From a virus, in IMG/VR virus record IMGVR_UViG_3300020578_000011: 64,000 nucleotides of DNA; one strand, given 5' to 3'. Each line of letters starts with the position of its first letter. Position 1 is the stretch's first letter. The notes below the pieces were generated by a model that was given only the letters and a program-made list of their open reading frames with translations, searched no databases and had not been told where the DNA came from. The position numbers and the translations under genes are program-made. Below are positions 9,472-15,961 of this stretch, piece after piece.

Positions 9472-9606
9472 AAGTCACCTCATTGTTAATATATAAGCTA
9501 TATTTAATTATATAGCTTATTATTAACAATATATTATAGAGTCGATTGACGGCGTAGCAGTGTCGGAGCATTCAGCGCCGACTGATTCTCTCTAGAACGA
9601 AGTCCT
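9092..9606. repeat. Imperfect ~85-bp direct repeat (9092-9176 and 9525-9606) carrying a hairpin and promoter-like motif
   Basis: AACAATATATTATAGAGTCGRTTGACGGCGTAGCRGTGTCGGAGC...CCGACTG...AAGTCCT in both copies. Confidence 0.9.
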
Positions 9607-9670
9607 TTATTACATCGGAGATAGTTAGTAAGATATATCCGAACACGAAGATAATAAGTAAACTAGTCAT
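9572..9670 (-). CDS. 32-aa membrane peptide
   Basis: GGAGGA RBS; MTSLLIIFVFGYILLTISDVIKDFVLERISRR. Confidence 0.7.
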   Translation of the reverse strand: MTSLLIIFVFGYILLTISDVIKDFVLERISRR

Positions 9671-9693
9671 GATCGTATCCTCCTAGTTTAGGG

Positions 9694-9720
9694 AAAGGTT
9701 GGGCTCAGAAGAGCCCAACC
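9694..9720 (-). terminator. Hairpin downstream of paralogue C (terminator or processing site)
   Basis: GGTTGGGCTC-N4-GAGCCCAACC perfect 10-bp stem followed by only TTT on the minus strand. Confidence 0.6.
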
Positions 9721-9731
9721 GGAACGGAACC

Positions 9732-10226
9732 TCAGACGAGGTCCCGGAGGTGATCTGGGATCAGATCCAGATTCACTTCGACCTTCTTGGCTGCGGGTTG
9801 GATCTCGGAGATTCGCTGGTCGATCGCTTCCTGCACCTTGGCCAGAGCATCTGGTGCTGCGTTCCGCTCGGTCAAGGCCTTCATCAGGAGCTTGAGCTCC
9901 TTGAGCTGGGGGTCGGTCGAACCTTGGCGAGATCCTGGGTTCTTGATCTCGTACTTGGTTCCACCGTTCAACTCCTTGCCTTTGCGGAACCAGTTGTTGA
10001 CCATACCAACCACGTAGCTTCTCAGCTTCTTGGGATCGGCGAACTTCTCACGAGCCTGAGCGGAGAGATCGGTCTCGAACTCTTGGATCGACTGAGTCAC
10101 AAGGTCAACAACCGAGGCAGTCTCGTCCTTCGAGATGTACTCGAGGATCGGAGCACCTGGACGGAAGGATTCACCGAGAACTTGCTTGGTATAGAACACT
10201 ACTGATTCGGATTGTGACATAACCAT
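9732..10226 (-). CDS. Unknown early protein, paralogue C (GC-rich copy, first gene of the leftward unit)
   Basis: AGGAGGT RBS; homologous to 1773..2291 and 8486..8977. Confidence 0.9.
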   Translation of the reverse strand: MVMSQSESVVFYTKQVLGESFRPGAPILEYISKDETASVVDLVTQSIQEFETDLSAQAREKFADPKKLRSYVVGMVNNWFRKGKELNGGTKYEIKNPGSRQGSTDPQLKELKLLMKALTERNAAPDALAKVQEAIDQRISEIQPAAKKVEVNLDLIPDHLRDLV

Positions 10227-10257
10227 ATAACACCTCCTGGTTGAACAAACAGATAGA

Positions 10258-10431
10258 GTATCGGATCAAACGCCGTACACTATCGATAACAGAATCGTAA
10301 GACAAAGATAGAATAGTATCGGAATCTCCACATTCACCTCCAGTTTCGGGTGGGTGCTTTCCATAATACTTTATAGAATCGGATACCCGGTAGCCTTTCC
10401 TTTTTAGGGGACCTCTTATTATAGTATCGGT
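10258..10431 (-). promoter_or_regulatory. Four tandem (T/A)CCGATWC promoter-like motifs
   Basis: Copies at 10258-10265, 10316-10323, 10376-10383 and 10424-10431, all facing paralogue C. Confidence 0.75.
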
Positions 10432-11060
10432 ACCGCGGCGCAAATAATCCCTAGCTGGGGCATTGCAAATACAAGGGCCCGGGCCCTCAATACAGAAACA
10501 GGCCCGGTAGCTTGTAGAAAAAAGTCAGGTACCAGTACTTGATTTGCACACAATAGTATAGTGTGATTTATAGAGCGTGCATTTTAAAAACACATTGTAT
10601 ATTCATACAATTAATCAGTTTTGCTTATTCTATACTTCCTGTAACCTACAACTGCCACCACATAGGGTGCATATAGTCGCCACAACTGCCACCATATAGG
10701 GTGCACATTCTCCTATTCCCTTGTCAAAGATCCACTCCTATTATACCCGCCCAGGGCCTGCGCGGACGCCCACTACATCGTTGACATCATTGAAATAAGT
10801 GAGAAAGTTATAGTTAAATTACGTCGTTTACTTCGCTGATATAAAGCGCGATATCGCGCTAGGATCTTCAGCGAATAGACTCGACGAGGATAGGTGGTGC
10901 TTTAGTTGTAGGTTAGGCGCGGCATCATAGGTGCAGTGGATTACAGGCGCTGGCATAAGGCATGATTGATAAAAAATATGGGTTGATTTAAAATTAGTGA
11001 AAGTTAAGTGTGTGCACTTAAAAAAGCATAGTGTTTTCATGGGGTTCTAAAAAAACTTAA
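10432..11060. other. Non-coding palindrome/repeat-rich junction (candidate genome end or packaging site)
   Basis: Palindromes 10474-10487 and 10845-10860; 24-bp direct repeat at 10648/10682; 12-bp inverted repeat at 10642/10904. Confidence 0.45.
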
Positions 11061-11064
11061 AAAA

Positions 11065-11856
11065 TCAAGAAAGAAACAATCTTCGTTCAGCTTCTCTACG
11101 ACGAGTTAAACCAGCCATAACTTGACCACGGGACTTGTTGTATTTTAAAAACTCTTCTGCGGCAAGAACAAAGTTACGTTGATTAACGAGCTTAAGAAGA
11201 GTCGATTGCTTTAGATTACCAGCACCGACGTTGTAGGTAAACGAAACTAGAGCGGCAAATTGATTGTCATTGACTTCTACTTTTAGAAGCTTGCTTACTT
11301 GATCGCAAAAGCTTTGAAGATGATGGACGAGTGCTTGCTCAGCTTGCTCCTGTGTCCATACTGTCTTTGGACCAATTGGTGAGTGTTTTCCGTCTACCAG
11401 CGGAGAGAATTGATCAAGACCAGTTGCACCGTAGCCAATTGTCCAAGGATCACCTGGAAGAGATTTCCAACCTTCTTTTCTGGCGTTTTGTGTTTTTAAC
11501 AACTCTTTACCTAGAGGAGAGGCAGGATCGGCATATGCCTTTAACTTACAACCTTCGAAAGATTTTATTAGGTCAACACCATCTTTGTTTATCTTTTTCA
11601 TATTTTCTTCTCCAAATTTTTGTTCTATAGCAAAATCTAAAATTTTTTGCTTAGCTGCTTGTTTGTAGATTTCTGCAACTTCATATTCTGATCTTGCACG
11701 AAGAGCTCCGGTGGCTTCCCAACAACTCATCCAACCAGTTCCATCTTGCCTTTCTGTTAATTTAGCAAGAGGACAAATTTTACATGGATTATTTCTGAGA
11801 TCTTCACAATCACCAGTCGAAGCTATATGCTCTAATATCTTAGAGACGCGATTCAT
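11065..11856 (-). CDS. GH24 lysozyme (endolysin) with a Cys-rich N-terminal extension; probable internal start at 11601
   Basis: LIKSFEG..KAY.D...WTIGYG...NQFAALVSFTYNVG...GLTRRREAERRLF. Confidence 0.9.
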   Translation of the reverse strand: MNRVSKILEHIASTGDCEDLRNNPCKICPLAKLTERQDGTGWMSCWEATGALRARSEYEVAEIYKQAAKQKILDFAIEQKFGEENMKKINKDGVDLIKSFEGCKLKAYADPASPLGKELLKTQNARKEGWKSLPGDPWTIGYGATGLDQFSPLVDGKHSPIGPKTVWTQEQAEQALVHHLQSFCDQVSKLLKVEVNDNQFAALVSFTYNVGAGNLKQSTLLKLVNQRNFVLAAEEFLKYNKSRGQVMAGLTRRREAERRLFLS

Positions 11857-11903
11857 CGCAATACTCCATGTATAATAGGTTATACCTAGGAGAGGATTTT
11901 ATC

Positions 11904-12710
11904 ATGTCACAAAAGATGACCAAACCTTCAGCCACTTTTCCAAATAGCTCTACTTCTTCAAGTAGTCAGTTTCCAATAAACTTACCCGATCCAAGTATGT
12001 TTGGACAAAACTTTGATCAACTAATTCAAAGACGCGGAATCAGATTTGTTCATCATAGGGCTTTGCCATGTCCTAACATGAACTCTCTTAATGACAATTC
12101 ACATTCTCCAATTTGCCCACACTGTGATGGATCTGGTATCTTTTACTATGAGCCAAGAGAGATAGTTGGCGTATTTATTTCTAATTCTGTAGAGAAAAAC
12201 TTTGAATATCAAGGAGTGTGGGAAGTTGGAACTGCCACTATTACTTTTCCAGTTGAATACGACAATGGAGATCAGGCTGAATTTTCTATGTATGATAAAT
12301 TAGTAATAACTGATTATACAGTGAGAATGTGGGAAAAGAAAGAATACGAACCCAGACCAGGCGACACTCAACAGCTTAGGTATCCAATTGAAAAAGTAGA
12401 ATATATGATAACAGCAACCGATACACTTGTTAAAGAATATAAACAAGGTGAAGATTTTACTGTAGAAAATGGATTAATAAAATGGATTTCTGGAAAAACT
12501 CCACCTTACGATACTCTTAACGAAATCGGTGATACTTTTGCTGTTAGTTATTTTGCAAATCCAGTTTATATTGTTCTTCAACCATTAAGAGAACTGCGTG
12601 TATCTCAACAAATGGTTGACGGTGTTAAGACAACCAAAAGACTACCTCAACATATAGTAGTTAAAAGAGACTTTTTTGTTAACAAACCAGAAAAAATATC
12701 TGGAATGTGA
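11904..12710 (+). CDS. Head-tail joining/neck protein
   Basis: AGGAG RBS; CP...CPHCDGSG motif; first gene of the structural operon. Confidence 0.6.
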   Translation: MSQKMTKPSATFPNSSTSSSSQFPINLPDPSMFGQNFDQLIQRRGIRFVHHRALPCPNMNSLNDNSHSPICPHCDGSGIFYYEPREIVGVFISNSVEKNFEYQGVWEVGTATITFPVEYDNGDQAEFSMYDKLVITDYTVRMWEKKEYEPRPGDTQQLRYPIEKVEYMITATDTLVKEYKQGEDFTVENGLIKWISGKTPPYDTLNEIGDTFAVSYFANPVYIVLQPLRELRVSQQMVDGVKTTKRLPQHIVVKRDFFVNKPEKISGM

Positions 12711-12768
12711 TTCACTAAGCTAATAGAGGGCTTATAATTGATATTGTGTGATTTTAAGAGGATAGAAA

Positions 12769-14280
12769 ATGCCACATTTTGCAAGTAAAAAACAATATCG
12801 CATGATGATGGCCATTTTGCATGGAAAGAAAAAAGGCTCTACTGCAAGAGGAGACAGTGGTCCTCCAAAAAGTGTTGCCGAAGAATATTCAGGTGATAGT
12901 AAAAACATCCCAGACAGTAAAGGCAAAGAACACAAAGGTGGAAAATGGGATGAACATAAGCAAAAAAAGCATAGTGAAGCAAAAGAATATAAAAATAAAA
13001 TTAAAGAAAAATTAGAACAACAAACTAAAAAATCAGAAAATAAACCTGGTTTTGGTGTGGTTGTAGTAGATGAAAACAATCATGTGCTAATGGGCAGGCA
13101 TACTAAAACAAATGAACTTGCTTTTCCAGGCGGCTCTGCAGAAGATGGAGAAAAACCAGAACAAACAGCAGCAAGAGAACTTGAAGAAGAATCTGGTTTA
13201 AAAATACACCCATCTAAACTTCAACCTTTAGATGACAGAACTTTTTATATAAAAATAAACTCTAAAGATCCAGATGTCTATTTGTCAAATACTTCTGAGT
13301 TGTCAGATGTTGGTTTTAAAGATCCATATAGTATAGATATGTCAGAAGTAAGAGATTGCTGTATTCCATCTTTAAAGTCATGGATAAAATCATCACACCA
13401 AGATGATATTAAAAAATCTGAAATAATAGATAGAATACACAAAGAAGAAGATCAACTTAAACTTCATCCAGTTTTTGATATGCCAATTAGAGATTGTTTA
13501 ACTTTAATTGCAAACGCTTTACACAGACACATAGATCCGCATGTTTCAGGTCTTGATGAAAATGATGTTGCTAAAATTCCATTAAGTTCTTATGTTGTAA
13601 CTATTAGAAAACACAAAGATGGAAAGAAGTCTGGACACATAGATGATGGTGGAAAAACAATACATAGATTTATGGGGTTGGAAGACAATGAAATGACAAA
13701 AGACATAATGAGTCTTTTTGAATGGTTTGATTCTAAACATATGCATAAGATAAAAATAATATCACCAGAAAAATTATCTGATGACACAATAGAAGATGGA
13801 ATGTCAAAAATGATCGATAACTATCGTTCCTATAATATAGGCGATATTTATGATGAGATGGAGAATATTCGTCAAGAGATACGGCAGGGAAACGCTGTAG
13901 ATTTACAGCAAGCAGAAGCTAAAATTTTATCTATATTTGATAAAATGGAAGATAGACTTTTAAATGTAGAAAAAAAACATAATTCTTTAGCAGGAAGAGC
14001 TGGAGATGAAATAGATCAAATTGAAGCCAAGTTAAGAGAACTTCAATCAAAAATAGAATCTATAAACAAAAAACCCTCAGTAATAGAAGCAATATCATCA
14101 GATAACATAAATCCTAGTAAGATATCAAAAGAATTTTACCCTTACTTATCAAAGCCGATGGTTACAATAAAACCAAATGGTCATATTACAATCCATTTTA
14201 AAGAAGATTGGACAGATGATGAGAAGTCTAATTTTCTTACAGATCTTAAAGCAAAGACTTTAAAGAAAAAGAAAAAATGA
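12769..14280 (+). CDS. Nudix hydrolase domain protein with coiled coil
   Basis: Intact Nudix box G-SAEDG-E-KPEQTAA-RELEEESGL. Confidence 0.85.
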   Translation: MPHFASKKQYRMMMAILHGKKKGSTARGDSGPPKSVAEEYSGDSKNIPDSKGKEHKGGKWDEHKQKKHSEAKEYKNKIKEKLEQQTKKSENKPGFGVVVVDENNHVLMGRHTKTNELAFPGGSAEDGEKPEQTAARELEEESGLKIHPSKLQPLDDRTFYIKINSKDPDVYLSNTSELSDVGFKDPYSIDMSEVRDCCIPSLKSWIKSSHQDDIKKSEIIDRIHKEEDQLKLHPVFDMPIRDCLTLIANALHRHIDPHVSGLDENDVAKIPLSSYVVTIRKHKDGKKSGHIDDGGKTIHRFMGLEDNEMTKDIMSLFEWFDSKHMHKIKIISPEKLSDDTIEDGMSKMIDNYRSYNIGDIYDEMENIRQEIRQGNAVDLQQAEAKILSIFDKMEDRLLNVEKKHNSLAGRAGDEIDQIEAKLRELQSKIESINKKPSVIEAISSDNINPSKISKEFYPYLSKPMVTIKPNGHITIHFKEDWTDDEKSNFLTDLKAKTLKKKKK

Positions 14281-14981
14281 TAGATAGAGGATTGGACACA
14301 TTAAAATGGAGTCTCTCATCAAGAGGCTATGACGACGACGATGTTCGCACCATATTGCTGCTTGCAAAAGATGAAATGACAGATGGAATTAAAGCACTTA
14401 TTGAGTCTTGTGTTCAAGAAATAGTTGATAATGCAAATTCTATGGAATCTGATGATTTCTTATCTCAAGTTAAATTAATATCAGAAAATGGATATGTTCA
14501 GATATCTACAGATAGTGGATTAACTGATTTTAGTAAACCAGCTATTCCAATGCTTTCATCTATATTGAAAAATGGAAAAACATCAAAAGATGGTTCTATA
14601 TACAAAGTTGTTCCAATAGGAAAAAATCCTTTTAATAAACAAGATAATAAATTAATAAAAAATACTGATGCAGGTATAAAAGCATTATCTTCCGTATCTA
14701 GAGAAGGAAAATCTTTAGAGCAGACAACAGTAGACATGGCTGTTTCTTTTGGCATGGCCGCAAGTAGTATGATCTCTTCTAAAAAAGATAGTTCATCTTT
14801 ACAAGATAATTCTATTAGTTTTAGAACAGCATCTAGTAATCAAGATCCAAATTCTAGCTGGGTGATTCCTAGAAAAGAAGAAAATATGACAAACTTAGTA
14901 TATGAAATTAATAATAAAATTAGATACGGCACAGATGATATAATAGAAAATGTTGTAAGAAAATACGAAAGAGAATATTAA
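14277..14981 (+). CDS. Putative neck/virion morphogenesis protein
   Basis: Operon position, overlapping start/stop. Confidence 0.5.
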   Translation: MIDRGLDTLKWSLSSRGYDDDDVRTILLLAKDEMTDGIKALIESCVQEIVDNANSMESDDFLSQVKLISENGYVQISTDSGLTDFSKPAIPMLSSILKNGKTSKDGSIYKVVPIGKNPFNKQDNKLIKNTDAGIKALSSVSREGKSLEQTTVDMAVSFGMAASSMISSKKDSSSLQDNSISFRTASSNQDPNSSWVIPRKEENMTNLVYEINNKIRYGTDDIIENVVRKYEREY

Positions 14982-15619
14982 TGTCGCAAGTGATGCCAGA
15001 AATAGCTGTTCAAAGAATAATTCAACATGGTCTAAAGCAACTTAGATTAAGTAAACCTATGTTTGATGATATTTTTGCATATGTTAAAGAGCATCCGTTA
15101 ATGGTTGGGGCATATGGACCAACATACGTTGATCGTATATGGCAATGGTTTACTACAGAAAAACTACCAGTGGTTCAAGCTTTTTTACTCACGCCAGAAC
15201 GTATTCCTTGTTATAGTGTTCATCTATCGGCAGAAAGTGAAGATGAATCAAAAGCCTCTATTGGTGATTTTTATGGAGAAGAATTAGAATCTGAATTAAG
15301 CATATCTAGTTTTAGTGTAACTTTAGACATAGGCATACACGGCAGCAAGACAGCAGATCAAGTTTTGTGGATGTATTATATTCTTTCATACATATTGTTT
15401 AAAAATAAACTATTAGCTCAAGATCTTGGGATTGAGATGCAGACTTTTTCTGCTACTGATTGGCAAAAAGATACAGCAAAAATGCCTGAAAACATATATA
15501 CTCGCTGGGTTAAGATGCGATGTACAGTATTTAATACATGGTCAACTGAGCCGTTTTCCGGTCCATACGATATGGAAACTGAGCTTAATTTCGAAAGGGT
15601 GGTAGACACAGATGGCTAA
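14981..15619 (+). CDS. Putative tail terminator/completion protein
   Basis: Position two genes before the sheath; size and beta-rich pattern. Confidence 0.55.
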   Translation: MSQVMPEIAVQRIIQHGLKQLRLSKPMFDDIFAYVKEHPLMVGAYGPTYVDRIWQWFTTEKLPVVQAFLLTPERIPCYSVHLSAESEDESKASIGDFYGEELESELSISSFSVTLDIGIHGSKTADQVLWMYYILSYILFKNKLLAQDLGIEMQTFSATDWQKDTAKMPENIYTRWVKMRCTVFNTWSTEPFSGPYDMETELNFERVVDTDG

Positions 15620-15890
15620 AAGTAGGCAAATTGAAAAAGAAAGTATAGAACCAGATCTCAAAGCGATAGCTGATTTTGAAAAATCACAAAGAAAAAATAA
15701 TGTTAAAAAAGAAGTAGATTCTTTAGTTGATTTTGATAAATGGTGGGCCGAAAGATCATCGGTCCTTTGTCAGCCAGCTCATATGAAAGAAATTTTAAGA
15801 GCTGATGCAAAAGGCAGGGGACTTGCAAACAAAGAATCAATGGAAAGATGGGATTGGGCCGCTAAGATGTTTGGATTAGTTGTTAAATAA
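15612..15890 (+). CDS. Hypothetical protein
   Basis: Overlaps the upstream gene. Confidence 0.7.
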   Translation: MAKSRQIEKESIEPDLKAIADFEKSQRKNNVKKEVDSLVDFDKWWAERSSVLCQPAHMKEILRADAKGRGLANKESMERWDWAAKMFGLVVK

Positions 15891-15961
15891 AATATTAAGC
15901 TATAGGCACGTGTTATAATTACTAATGACATTTTCTGAACTCGCACTGGAGGTTATTTACA

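Noticed and set aside
9699-10205. Plus-strand ORFs 9699..10205, 9787..10017, 8469..8768, 9189..9397 and 3882..4262
   Set aside because: Antisense shadows of minus-strand genes that have RBSs and paralogue support.
10171-10443. 90-aa minus-strand ORF
   Set aside because: Runs over the stacked promoter motifs, has no RBS and overlaps paralogue C out of frame.
10648-10705. 24-bp direct repeat as a mini-CRISPR array
   Set aside because: Only two copies, a 10-nt gap too short for a spacer, and no cas genes.
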